Assembly: GCF_002105155.1 (NCBI RefSeq)
Contig: NW_019028981.1
Span: 558,001-622,000, forward strand
From: Lobosporangium transversale
Lineage: Eukaryota
DNA length: 64,000 nucleotides
Direction of reading: 5' to 3'
Position 1 is the stretch's first letter, and the number at the start of each line of letters is the position of its first letter. Positions 52,145 through 62,430 of the stretch are shown here, one piece after another. Position numbers and translations under genes: made by a program. The notes beneath the pieces are model-generated. The model was given only the letters and a program-made list of their open reading frames with translations, did not search any database and was not told the DNA's origin.

Positions 52145-55100
52145 TTAGCCGCTGTCCTCAATCATCAAAAATTTACAGCTTTCCAGGCGCTCCATAATCG
52201 CCAATTCCACCTGCTGCCGGTAGCTTGCCGCCACTCGCCGGTCTGCCTCAGTCCTGATCGCCTTCACATCTGCTGTTCGTCGTTGTCCCTGGTGAGAGCC
52301 AAAGAATTCACCTCTGCTACGTCTGTGCCTCCCAACACAGTTGCGTCCCCTGGCGCGTTTGCTCACAGAGGTGATACCATTTTCTCTTTCCCAGTTGACG
52401 GTGACTTTGCAGCGTCTGTTCCAGATTTCAGTCCTGCCGAGTTCCTCGATTGACTTGACAAAGCGGCAAACAATGTACCTTGAGATCGATGCTGTGGTTC
52501 TGAAGATCGTCTTCCATTTTTGTATCAGTTCCTTCGGCACCAAACCGTGGTACAAGTCTTGGACAGTCCAGTGGGCATGCTCACCCTCGTTCCTCCGTCC
52601 CATATCCACATCTTCCTCACCAAACAGAGTGCTCGCATGTCGAATCTCTCTGACGCCCTTGAACATCGCTTCCAAAGAGCCCCAAATCACGTTGTCGGCT
52701 ACAGGTGTAAACGAGGGGCCTCCTTTATTCAGGTTTGGCTCCTGTGTTTTCCCTTGTTTGTCTTCCCAGAGCTTCTTCTCCTTCACTAATGCTCTTTTGC
52801 CATCCTTCGTGATGAGTTCTATGGCCTGCTTCCAACCTTTCAATTGCTCGTCCAGTGTCATGGGACATCGCCAGAGGTGTTCTATGTCCTCCTGCTCCTG
52901 TTCACACATCCTGCAGATGTCAGTCTCATACAGGTCCGGTCGCCACTGCCTCATATAAGTGAGTGTAGGAAGCATACCATGGACCTTCTTTATTCTGTGC
53001 GCTCTCTTGTGACAATCTGCTGGGCTGGTGAAGAGGCCTCTAGGCGTGTTGCCATCGTGAAGAATATGCAGGCTTGCTTTCCATTCTACTTCTCGCCAGT
53101 CTGCAATATAATTCCTGACTCTGTTCTGAGACGCCCACAAGTAATGTGTTCTCACTGCTGATTGGAGTTTTAGCAGGTGTCTAAGATCATCCTCCACCAC
53201 CTCGTTCTCGAAAATAGCGTGGCAGCGCAGATCGTTGTGTTCCAGTACTTTGATTGTCCACATTTCGCTAAAATGAGCATCTTTGGCGGCTTGGTCTGCC
53301 CTTATATTGCCTCTATTCCCAGCATGGCCCTTGACCCATTTCACAGTTACCTTCCCGCCCTGCTTAAAGAGCGCTCTCGAAATGGCTGCCCACCACACTG
53401 CGTACTTGGATCGCAATCGCTGCCGTTCAGTGCTTGCTTCTCGCTTTTGAGCAAGGTCCTTGAACTGAACCACTACCGCCATGTTGTCTATGTAGACAGT
53501 CGTTGGAACGTTACGGGGACTGACTAGAATGGCTGCGTACAGTCCTACTAGCTCTGCCTTGGTGGATGAAGCATACCCATCGACTCTACCTGAAACTACA
53601 TTTGAGAAGCTTTCTGGGCCTATCTGAGCCACCACTCCGAAAGCCATCCGCGCCGCCCTTCTTCCTGCCTCTTCAAGGGACCCATCGGAGTAAAGTGTTA
53701 GCTGACTCATCGTTGATAGTTTCTCTCTTTGACGCAGTATATTGTCCATGTCAACCTGTGGGATCTCTACACCTAGGCACTCAGAGGAGCCAAACCACCG
53801 ATGATGACCCTCTGGGATTTTATTATTCCTTGTTCTTGAGGAGTCCATCTCTTCTTGCGCTTTCGTCCTGAGCCTCCTATCGAGAGCTTGTTCGTCGAGT
53901 TCATGGCGTCCACGTATCTTGTTTCGCTCTTGTGCTCTACGTCTTGCTCGGTTGAAAGCCGCTCGTCGTCGCTGTTCTCTTCTTCCTTGTTCATCGAGCC
54001 TTTGAAACCTAGCCTGTAACCGTAGGCGTTCTTGACGGCGAGCTCTTTCGATAGCCTTCGAGTGTGCGGCTTCTTGCTTGGCTTGCACCCACTGTTCACG
54101 TCGCCACACTCTCCTTCTCTCCGCCTCTTCTTTTTTCCTCTCTTGCTCTATTTTTCTTAGCAACCATTGCTCCCTCTTCCCTCTTTCCAAACGGTCGCGA
54201 AATTGTAACATTTTCCTTCCTTGAGGATCTTTCCACAGCCTATGCCTCTCGTTAGCTTCGCGCTCTTTTTCTCTCAAACGCTCTCTTTTTTCAAAATTTT
54301 CTCGCAAGTATTCTTTTTGGAGTTCGCGATCAGACTCAGTGTATCCTTCATACCCCTGCATACCCTCTTGTATGTAACACTGTGCTCTTCTTTCTCTTTC
54401 CTCCCGCTGTTCTACACTTAGGGGATCAAGTGGCTCTCTGGGGTCTTCTTCCACGTCACTGAGGTAACTTATATATCCAACTTCATCATCCTCATCATCC
54501 TCAGTGGGCTGCTCCTCCAACATATTGTCTTCTGTGAGTAGTTCATCTGCTCTCTCATTGTTTTCAGTCTCATTTAGCTGTTGGAGCTCCCTTAAATCTC
54601 TCTCTTCCTCTTCGTCTAGTCTCTGAAGAATGTTCTTTTTGTCTCTACACCATACTTCGATAAAGTTGTGTGTGTAAAGGGACTCATGAAGGGCATTTTG
54701 AACATTGTGGAACCATGCTGGAGATGCCTTTGGGTCTCTCCTTTTCGTACGTACCTCATTCCAGGATTTGAGTGACGAATCCTCGTCTAGAGTTTGCTCA
54801 GCATAATATATTCCTCTTGCTGCTAATTCCCGCACAGGCTGGTCATCCACAATGCCATGAAGCATGTCTGCTATATTGAGAGCATTTCCAGGGAGCCCAA
54901 AATCGTTTGCTAGTTGCAAGTCAAACTTCACTTGTCGATCGGCCATTAGTTTACAGACGCTTGATGCGAAGTTGTGTTTGTATGCTTTTATTTTGTGTGG
55001 CTCTGCAGTTGGGAGCTTGCTCGTCCTAAGGCGCTTCTGGAGGGCAATGAGACGTGCTCTACAGATACGTCCCATCAACCCATTGTCATTTAGGCGTAGG

Positions 55101-58100
55101 AACAGGGTTGATATCTGCTCCTCTGTCTGTGCGTCTTCTAAGTTTTTAATTGCATAGAATCTAGGGTGATGCATTATGCTGTTGGGTGTGGTTGACGGCA
55201 TACGTGCTTTGCTCTTACATAGCTTCATATACTTACCTGTCATTCGTCTCACAAAAGAAGGGGGAAGTATCTGTGCCGAAATCCTATAAAGCACCTTGGG
55301 TATGAGGACGTTATTGATGAGATATGCTGTCTGTTTGTCGGTTACTGCTTTTGAGGAGAGAATACTACACATTGACGTGACTTCTCTTTCTACAATGTTC
55401 TCTGTTGTCTTCACCGACCCTCTGGCTGTTACCCAGACACCTAGTATCCGGACAGGGTCATCTTTGCCCAGCGGGCGGATTTCTTCTGCCGGTGTACCAA
55501 AATGGAGATTATTGTTATTGTTGAGCTTGCTGTTTAGTGTTAGCACCTGCGTCTTTTTCGCATTGATTTCGACCCCGTTAAGAACAAAAAAGGACGTGGC
55601 GACATCTAGTATATCCTGTACATGTTGCTTGGAGTCAGATATCCATGTCGTGTCGTCCACAAAAGCCAGACATGCGAGCTGAGGTGTATCTGGAGGGCCC
55701 TCTATTCTGTATCCCTTCATGTGGTCCATAACTTCACATAGTAGTGGATCATAAGCTATTCGCCAGAGTAAAGGGCACTCTACGCCTCCTTGATCCAGAC
55801 CGCATTCTGGGCGGTACTCTTTCGTAAGCCCGTATTCTGTAATAACTCTATTGACCTTGGTAACAGCGATGTTCTCACACAACCTGATAAATGCCTCTGG
55901 AACTCGTAAGCGACGTAGCCCTCTGGACAACATACCATCGGAAGCACAATTGACCGAATCAAAACACCTTTTCATATCTTGGAACACTATCCATTGCTCC
56001 TTGCGAAACTCTCTAGCATCTTCCATTGCTGCTTGGAGGATATGAATTGGGTCCTTTGTCGTCGTTCCTTTTAAGACAGAAAAGTTAGGCCCCCGCAAGA
56101 TGTTATGACGCCGCATCATTTCACTAAGTCTATTGGTTAGAACTGTGAACATGATTTTTCTTGCATGTTCTAGAAGCGCAATCGGCCTGACTTCCGCCAT
56201 GCTTCCTGACCATTCTGCTGCCTTTGGGATGCAATACAATAGTCCAGTTTTCCAATCCTTTGGTATTGTTTCTTGGACTATTGTGGCACCAACAATCTGG
56301 AAAAGAATGTTATGTCCGACTTGGCCTTGATGTTGAAATAAATCGTTCGTGGTGCCTGATACTCCTGGTGCTTTGTTCTTTGGTGTCTCTTGGATCACTA
56401 CCATAAATTCCTCCCATGAAGGTGGGCTCATGAGCCCATCATACCATTCTTCCTTGATCCTTTCGTGTGGTGCGTATTGTCTTTCCCAGCGTGTTCCTTG
56501 TTCCAGAGGTTTTGCAGGCCTGGGACCGTGCCACTTTTGAAACCATTCTCTGACGTGCCTTTTAATACCTTCTGGCTCAAGAATGTTGAAAGTGTCACCG
56601 TCCTCCTGTACTTGAATCCTGTCCAGTATGACTCTTCCATGTCCTCTACCTAACAACTTATCAATCATCCGACCTGTCGCCGTAAGCAGCTGTCCGCATC
56701 TCTGTTCAATCCACTCTGTCATCTTCGATGCTTTTTCTAAACGCCTCTCTGTCTGCATCTCCGATATTGCCTGTACCCATCTTTTCTTGATACCCTTGCT
56801 CCATGTCTCCCATTCTTCTTCATCTGCGTTCCACCCAGGCACCTCGCCTAGATCCTCCATTCCTCTTTCCGTTTCTTCCCTCATCCATTTCGCGTGGTTG
56901 TTGAATTTGATCCGCTCCGCCTCTAGATATTCTCTTGCACTATCCTCTAGATCGGTTCGTCTTCTCCGTCTAATTGCCACCGTTGCTTGCTTGATCTTGC
57001 TTAGGTCCCGCACTAAGTGTAAGATCGAGAGTTCTGCTTGAGGTTTCACCCCTGATCTACCTACTGTTTTACCTGGTAGGGTCGCTTTTGCACAGCGAAG
57101 CACTGTTTTTGAGTACCAGCGCCACGCTTGTTCCACCTTTACCTTCTCTAATTCTTCCGGAGTTATTCTGCCTTCATTTTGGTTCTCATATTTGAGTCCA
57201 AGATTCCTCATTTTCTCCTGATCGTCGAGAGCCATGTTTAAGGCATTTTCAAAATCATCCCACTGTGTCTTGTTAATGTCTCGAAATTGAAAGCGGAAGC
57301 CTTTGGGTTTCTTGTACTTAAGAGGATCTGCCTTGTGGATGAGTGCTTGGATTGTGATATTGGCCGTCACCATTTTATGGTCCGACGAGACTCCATCAAC
57401 CGAACTGTGATCAACATACACAAGCTTGCCCACCAACAAGCTATCTGTAAAGATCATGTCAATTCGGCTGACACCTTGGCATGTAAAGTCTTGTGTTGTT
57501 GGGTGTAACGCCCTGTAGGTGTCGTAGAATTGCTCTGTTTGTAGCCATTTTAGGATATCGGTTTCTGGATTGGTGCTGGTCCTTGTGCAGTTTTTTCTGT
57601 CAATCCTGGGATTGCATACCCCATTGAAGTCTCCCATAATAATTACCTCCCTGCGTTCTGCTCTTGCACTAATACATTCTCCTTTGAGCCACTCGCTTAA
57701 TTCTCTGCGCTGCTTTTCCTTTTCACGATTCGTTCTATCTTCACTGGGTACATAACAATTAATCACCCGAAGCTTTAATTGTCCTTTGAAATTAAAATCT
57801 CTAGACTGCCCTCTGCTTCCACATGAGGATATTCTCCCAGCATGTACCCATAGCCACTTGTGGATAATGAGGCCGACTCCCGTACCTCGCGTTTTCCCTT
57901 CCTCACCTGTTAACCACCAAAATTTATAACTTTCTTGTTTTATATAGTCTGCTGCTATTTTCGCACCATGATTCATATTTGTCTCTTGTAACGCAATAAC
58001 ATCATACTCTTCTGACTCTCCCCAATGACAAAGTGTTTCCAATTTTCCAGCTGTTAAAATTCCCTGTGTATTGAAGGTTCCTAACTTCAATCTATCATTC

Positions 58101-58153
58101 TTTCCATCTCTATTTACTGTCCTACATGTTACTATGTTAGGCGTATTACTCAT
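52145..58153 (-). CDS. LINE ORF2: APE endonuclease, reverse transcriptase, charged insert, RNase H, Cys/His motif (2002 aa)
   Basis: EN: ALQET, MGDFNG, SRIDMI, SDHKMV. RT: KAPG, RPIALL, DMKRCFDSV, GLDQG, AFVDD, RILG. RNase H: YSDGS, KAEL, YIDN, WVKGH, ADQAAK. C-terminus: CRMC...EHLWRC. Confidence 0.96.
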   Translation of the reverse strand: MSNTPNIVTCRTVNRDGKNDRLKLGTFNTQGILTAGKLETLCHWGESEEYDVIALQETNMNHGAKIAADYIKQESYKFWWLTGEEGKTRGTGVGLIIHKWLWVHAGRISSCGSRGQSRDFNFKGQLKLRVINCYVPSEDRTNREKEKQRRELSEWLKGECISARAERREVIIMGDFNGVCNPRIDRKNCTRTSTNPETDILKWLQTEQFYDTYRALHPTTQDFTCQGVSRIDMIFTDSLLVGKLVYVDHSSVDGVSSDHKMVTANITIQALIHKADPLKYKKPKGFRFQFRDINKTQWDDFENALNMALDDQEKMRNLGLKYENQNEGRITPEELEKVKVEQAWRWYSKTVLRCAKATLPGKTVGRSGVKPQAELSILHLVRDLSKIKQATVAIRRRRRTDLEDSAREYLEAERIKFNNHAKWMREETERGMEDLGEVPGWNADEEEWETWSKGIKKRWVQAISEMQTERRLEKASKMTEWIEQRCGQLLTATGRMIDKLLGRGHGRVILDRIQVQEDGDTFNILEPEGIKRHVREWFQKWHGPRPAKPLEQGTRWERQYAPHERIKEEWYDGLMSPPSWEEFMVVIQETPKNKAPGVSGTTNDLFQHQGQVGHNILFQIVGATIVQETIPKDWKTGLLYCIPKAAEWSGSMAEVRPIALLEHARKIMFTVLTNRLSEMMRRHNILRGPNFSVLKGTTTKDPIHILQAAMEDAREFRKEQWIVFQDMKRCFDSVNCASDGMLSRGLRRLRVPEAFIRLCENIAVTKVNRVITEYGLTKEYRPECGLDQGGVECPLLWRIAYDPLLCEVMDHMKGYRIEGPPDTPQLACLAFVDDTTWISDSKQHVQDILDVATSFFVLNGVEINAKKTQVLTLNSKLNNNNNLHFGTPAEEIRPLGKDDPVRILGVWVTARGSVKTTENIVEREVTSMCSILSSKAVTDKQTAYLINNVLIPKVLYRISAQILPPSFVRRMTGKYMKLCKSKARMPSTTPNSIMHHPRFYAIKNLEDAQTEEQISTLFLRLNDNGLMGRICRARLIALQKRLRTSKLPTAEPHKIKAYKHNFASSVCKLMADRQVKFDLQLANDFGLPGNALNIADMLHGIVDDQPVRELAARGIYYAEQTLDEDSSLKSWNEVRTKRRDPKASPAWFHNVQNALHESLYTHNFIEVWCRDKKNILQRLDEEEERDLRELQQLNETENNERADELLTEDNMLEEQPTEDDEDDEVGYISYLSDVEEDPREPLDPLSVEQREERERRAQCYIQEGMQGYEGYTESDRELQKEYLRENFEKRERLREKEREANERHRLWKDPQGRKMLQFRDRLERGKREQWLLRKIEQERKKEEAERRRVWRREQWVQAKQEAAHSKAIERARRQERLRLQARFQRLDEQGRREQRRRAAFNRARRRAQERNKIRGRHELDEQALDRRLRTKAQEEMDSSRTRNNKIPEGHHRWFGSSECLGVEIPQVDMDNILRQREKLSTMSQLTLYSDGSLEEAGRRAARMAFGVVAQIGPESFSNVVSGRVDGYASSTKAELVGLYAAILVSPRNVPTTVYIDNMAVVVQFKDLAQKREASTERQRLRSKYAVWWAAISRALFKQGGKVTVKWVKGHAGNRGNIRADQAAKDAHFSEMWTIKVLEHNDLRCHAIFENEVVEDDLRHLLKLQSAVRTHYLWASQNRVRNYIADWREVEWKASLHILHDGNTPRGLFTSPADCHKRAHRIKKVHGMLPTLTYMRQWRPDLYETDICRMCEQEQEDIEHLWRCPMTLDEQLKGWKQAIELITKDGKRALVKEKKLWEDKQGKTQEPNLNKGGPSFTPVADNVIWGSLEAMFKGVREIRHASTLFGEEDVDMGRRNEGEHAHWTVQDLYHGLVPKELIQKWKTIFRTTASISRYIVCRFVKSIEELGRTEIWNRRCKVTVNWERENGITSVSKRARGRNCVGRHRRSRGEFFGSHQGQRRTADVKAIRTEADRRVAASYRQQVELAIMERLESCKFLMIEDSG

Positions 58154-59942
58154 TTAAGGAAGGTTTTGAGGATTGTCCAATTATCACTACAGGCTTTGAT
58201 GGCAATGGTACTGTTTTTTCAGCAGCCCTGGGTGGGCCCATTAGCGCCATAATAGCGGCCAAAGTCTCGTTCGTGTCTGGGATAGCTAGTCCACTGGAGT
58301 TCTGGCCTTTCTTTGACTTCATCGCGCTGCGACTTGTGTCTGCGCTCAGACCGACTGCCATTAGCTGTTCCTTAGGGACAGTGATGCCCATATTCTTTGA
58401 GAGCATTTGAATCACTATAGACATCAACATCTGATTGGTCTGCGCAAGCTGTAATTGCTCCTGTTGCATTCTAACGATAGTCTCTTGAAGCTGTCCAATT
58501 TTCTTTTCCAATACATTTTGCATAGCTTTATTTTGTCCATTATGCTGCTGTCCAGGCTGTTGTTGCTTATTTTGTTGTGGTCCGCTGTTTTGTCCATTCT
58601 GCAGTCCATTTTGCGGTCCATTTTGCGGTCCATTTTGCAATTCGCTTTGTCTCTGTGTCTGTTCTCCATTTTGGCTGCTACTTCCAATGATCTGTGCAAA
58701 TGTACGGTTAGCCGTGACCTTAAGCGCTCCACCTCTTTGGTACTCTTTCACTGCCTGGATGTGGGCCTTAGTCTTCATTCTTTCAATGTAAATTGTGCAC
58801 ACCCTTTGAATATGGCCTAGTTCACCGCACTCTCTACATCTTTTGTCTTCTTTATCTCCCCACATAGTTTCTTTCCCACCTACTTTAATGGGAATCTCCA
58901 TGCAGCTAACCATGTCTGCTTCTGATGAGAAATAAACGAATGCTTCACGTAAAGTCTTTGTGTATTTACCCTCTTTCGAGAAAATCCTTGGGATAATTAA
59001 AAACTCAGCCTTATTTTCGCCCAGGATCTCTTTCAAGTCCAAAGGCGTTGTTCCCATAGGGAGTTGAGACAGCTTTGCGACATAACGCAGTTCCCACACT
59101 ACTTTCTCCTTTCCAATTGTACTTAAACGAGCAAGATCTCTACCAACGAAAACCCACTTTTTCTTTTCCGCTTGGATTTTCTTTACACTCTCCTCTTGTC
59201 TAAAGAGAACTCTTGCCACAATTTTGATACCATTTTTGCATGGACGAGTTACAATTTTTTCCACTTCGCCAAACTGAGCCATCGCTGATTTGATCCTGAA
59301 ATCATCAGTCCTGGGATGAAGACCGTAAATTTCAACTGATCTATCCTGTTCTGTGATGCGTTGGTCCTGATCGACTCTGGTGAAGATAGGCTGCTCCGAA
59401 GATGTTCCGTTTTCTTCGTCTTCTTTATGGTGAGTGAGTTCCAGCAGGTTCTCTAGGTCACCCAGCGTTTCAACGGCGACGCGAAAAACTTTTTGTCCGT
59501 CCTTATTCTTGATACGGGTTGGTCCCTCCGTGCAGTGGATGCCTTGGTGAATGAGGATCTGCTGGAGTTCATCTCTTTTCATAGCGTAGGTGTCGCCATA
59601 GATCAGATCCACAGGAGCCGTGGCCACGAAAAACCTTTCCTTAGTTCTCTGAACTTCGATCCACTCTGTTTCGTCATCCATTTCTTCGTCGTCTTCGTCA
59701 ATTGCTGTCTCGGTAGCAGCGCGCTCTTGATCAACTTGCATTTGTTTTAGTCCCTTTTTGGGATTATAAGAACAGCGTTGAGTGGAATTCATTGCAATTG
59801 GGGTGGTGGCCCCAATACTTTGGCTTGGTTTTTGCGCGTCTTGGCCGTCAAGGGGAAGTTTTTGTTTTTTGAAATTGTTCATTCTGCTTGATTCTCCATC
59901 ATCTTGTCGATGATGGAGTTGAATTTTTTCAGTCCCAGACAT
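58146..59942 (-). CDS. LINE ORF1 nucleic-acid-binding protein (598 aa)
   Basis: RRM-like segments, CCHC knuckle CRECGELGHIQRVC, a Q/N linker and a coiled coil. Overlaps the ORF2 start by 8 nt. Confidence 0.9.
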   Translation of the reverse strand: MSGTEKIQLHHRQDDGESSRMNNFKKQKLPLDGQDAQKPSQSIGATTPIAMNSTQRCSYNPKKGLKQMQVDQERAATETAIDEDDEEMDDETEWIEVQRTKERFFVATAPVDLIYGDTYAMKRDELQQILIHQGIHCTEGPTRIKNKDGQKVFRVAVETLGDLENLLELTHHKEDEENGTSSEQPIFTRVDQDQRITEQDRSVEIYGLHPRTDDFRIKSAMAQFGEVEKIVTRPCKNGIKIVARVLFRQEESVKKIQAEKKKWVFVGRDLARLSTIGKEKVVWELRYVAKLSQLPMGTTPLDLKEILGENKAEFLIIPRIFSKEGKYTKTLREAFVYFSSEADMVSCMEIPIKVGGKETMWGDKEDKRCRECGELGHIQRVCTIYIERMKTKAHIQAVKEYQRGGALKVTANRTFAQIIGSSSQNGEQTQRQSELQNGPQNGPQNGLQNGQNSGPQQNKQQQPGQQHNGQNKAMQNVLEKKIGQLQETIVRMQQEQLQLAQTNQMLMSIVIQMLSKNMGITVPKEQLMAVGLSADTSRSAMKSKKGQNSSGLAIPDTNETLAAIMALMGPPRAAEKTVPLPSKPVVIIGQSSKPSLNE

Positions 59943-60140
59943 CTTGGGTTGATAAATACTTTTGCACTCTTGTGCGCTAACGTAGGGTGTGTAAGGGGTG
60001 TTAAGAGAGGGGCAGTGTTAATGTAGCGTCCGACTTGATGGATCGAAGAAGAGTTTGCGGAGAACACTAGGCTGTCTCGGAGAGAAAGTATAAAAACTCA
60101 AGCAAATCCCTGACCTGGCACATGCTTGCTTCACTTTATG

Positions 60141-60220
60141 TGCCTTAACCAGGACTCGAACCCGGCCCCTGGGCTAGACAGGAGGGTGCCCTGACGAGTA
60201 TACTACTCAGCCATTGGGCG
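60141..60220 (-). other. tRNA-derived module (pseudo-tRNA or SINE-like head) with Pol III A and B boxes
   Basis: Minus strand shows A box TGGCTGAGTAG and T-arm CCGGG-TTCGAGT-CCTGG containing B box GGTTCGAGTCC. The acceptor stem is imperfect and the anticodon loop is non-canonical. Confidence 0.7.
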
Positions 60221-60358
60221 CCGGGAAAAACCATTGGGCGTCTGTGCTGGCCAACAGAGGTGCGTAGGGTACACTAGGTCACGTGCTATATCATGTAGAT
60301 TGTATAAGAGGATATATATAGTATTAGATTATTGTCATTTACAAGAACAAAAAGCCAC

Positions 60359-60432
60359 GTTTGTATGGTGTAGTTGGTTATCACGTCTGTCTAACACACA
60401 GACGGTCCTCGGTTCGAGTCCGAGTACAAACA
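60359..60432 (+). tRNA. tRNA-Val(AAC), intronless
   Basis: Acceptor stem GTTTGTA/TACAAAC, anticodon arm TCTGT-CTAACAC-ACAGA, T arm CTCGG-TTCGAGT-CCGAG, discriminator A, then TTTT. Confidence 0.96.
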
Positions 60433-60641
60433 CTTTTGTATACTCCATTTTGAAATGGGAATGTTCGCTCTTTCTCTAGGCTCGAATTCAGTAAGAGAGG
60501 GAAGCTTGCATCTAAACGTGCAAGCCAAATTTTGTTGCCTTTTTTATAGGCAAAGACATTACGCTTCTCCTCTCAGACTGGGAGCAAACTCGGCCTTCTA
60601 CTATGCTCTGGCGATCATGCGATATTTTAATTTAGGATGAA

Positions 60642-62430
60642 GTTATTTGCACGGGCCCGTACACCCCTTATTTGTACGGCCCCCGTGCAAATAAATTTTT
60701 ACTTATAAAAAAAATTATTTGCACTGCCCCGTACACACTCTATTTACACTGCTCCCCCCGTACAAATAAAAAAAAGTTATTTGCACGAGGGGTCTTTTTT
60801 TTATTTGCACGGGGTCTCTTTTTCATCTACAAGCAGCAACGTGTATCCTACAGACTACATGATTCTGGCTTTATATAAATAAGTGGAGGTGAGTCTAGAG
60901 TAGAGAGGGGTCTGGAATTATTACTGGTGGAAGTTGCAGCGCCGTGGGAGCTGCCAAACAGCTCATTTGTGACATACAAAAATACTACCATTAGACCCAT
61001 ATAGCGTATACGATGATTTAAATTACCACTCACGTGGGGCAGACAAGAACCCTCTCTTTGTCCTCCTTAGTTGGTGCAATGTTTTAACCTAATTGATATA
61101 ACTTACTATGTATGTAATATGGAGCTAAAGTTCACCTTTTATTAATGAGGCAATGTGGATAATCACTGAAGTTTTTGGGCAGTACAGGCTGAGGGAAAAC
61201 GGCAAGAAATAAGATTGAAGACAGTGCTTCTCTTCATTACCATTTCAAGTGATTGTACAATATGAAGCTGGTCCTTTAGACGCAGTGAGCATCTACATGT
61301 GCTGCTGAGTATGCAATACTGCGTGCTAAAGACGAACCAAGGTAAGTTGGCTATGATAATAAACTTGGAATGTAATGAGACAAAACTAAGGATTGTTGCG
61401 ATTAGCAGTCATTTATATGGGTTTTTACTATAGCTAAGGTTTTTACCCTTTTTATTTAACGAAGATCCCTGGATCATAATAAAGACATCTTTTTTTCGTT
61501 CTCGCTAATTATTATGACCCTGGCATATTTCAATAACAGAAAAGAATATTTATGTCTCTTTTCTATCACTATTAGTCACGGTTATGCTATTAAAGTATTT
61601 TAGCCACTTAGATATAGAGATATAGGTGATTGTGGCACGATCGGCTTTGAGTGCGAACTGTCACCAACTATCAAAAGACAAGTAATATCGGGTAAGAGGA
61701 TAGATATTCCACAAAATAAGCTGAGGTCTACCCATTGTATTTTGATGAATTTGATAAACAAAATAGTACCGAGGGCGCTTGAGTTCTTAATAAAGGACGA
61801 CAGAGATAAGGACATCTAAGAGGAAAGAAAGAGACTAGTAACATGGCGCGCTATGCATCATAGCAATGAGTATGGTAGTATGATTGGTTGTACATCTACC
61901 GACACAAACTACACGTTAGAGATTCCTAATAACTGAATTCATCGTTGTGTGCTTAATAGTGTACGGAAATACCTAAGATGTATGCACGCGTTAAATGAAA
62001 GAAAGCATCGGGGAACCATAACAATGCAACCAACAAAAGTGCAAAGTAAAGCTGCATAGTATATTTCAACTATAGATAAATCATTTGTAATTCTGTATTT
62101 AGTCCCAGTCGCATAAAGAATGCCAACATCTACTCTGAGCTACATACGAACTTGATAAGATATTCTGGTCAGTATTTGATGCTTAGGCAGCGGCTCTAGA
62201 TCTAAGCCTGTGTCATGGAAGGCTTCCTGGTTATGGTGTTTAGGGCTAAAATAAAGACCCCGTACAAATAAAAAAAAAGACCCCCCGTGCAAATAACTTT
62301 TTTTTATTTGCACGGGGGGAGCGGTGTAAATAAGGTGTGTACGGGGCAGTGCAAATAGATTTTTTAAATATTTGTACGGGGCAGTGCAAATAGATTTTTT
62401 AAATATTTGTACGGCCCCCGTGCAAATATC
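60642..62430. mobile_element. Non-autonomous foldback/MITE-like element with about 180-bp modular terminal inverted repeats
   Basis: 60716-60820 is the near-exact reverse complement of 62253-62360. The outer ends also match (TATTTGCACGGG..CCGTACA). No transposase ORF is recognised inside and no TSD was found. Confidence 0.7.

Larger units (their letters stand above)
51874..60270 (-). mobile_element. Full-length, apparently intact APE-type non-LTR retrotransposon with RNase H; 5' boundary uncertain (about 60090-60290)
   Basis: Two intact overlapping ORFs, a 3' UTR with AATAAA (51930-51935), a poly(A) tail at 51874-51899, and no LTRs. Confidence 0.93.

Noticed and set aside
51576..52170. Direct repeat that could be read as LTRs
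   Set aside because: Both copies are poly(A)-tailed 3' UTRs on the same side of the element; there is no integrase or protease.
60141..60220. A second functional tRNA gene
   Set aside because: Mispaired acceptor stem, atypical D arm and no U33; kept only as a tRNA-derived module.
60642..62430. CRISPR-like array
   Set aside because: Eukaryotic context, inverted and irregular repeats, no unique spacers or cas genes.
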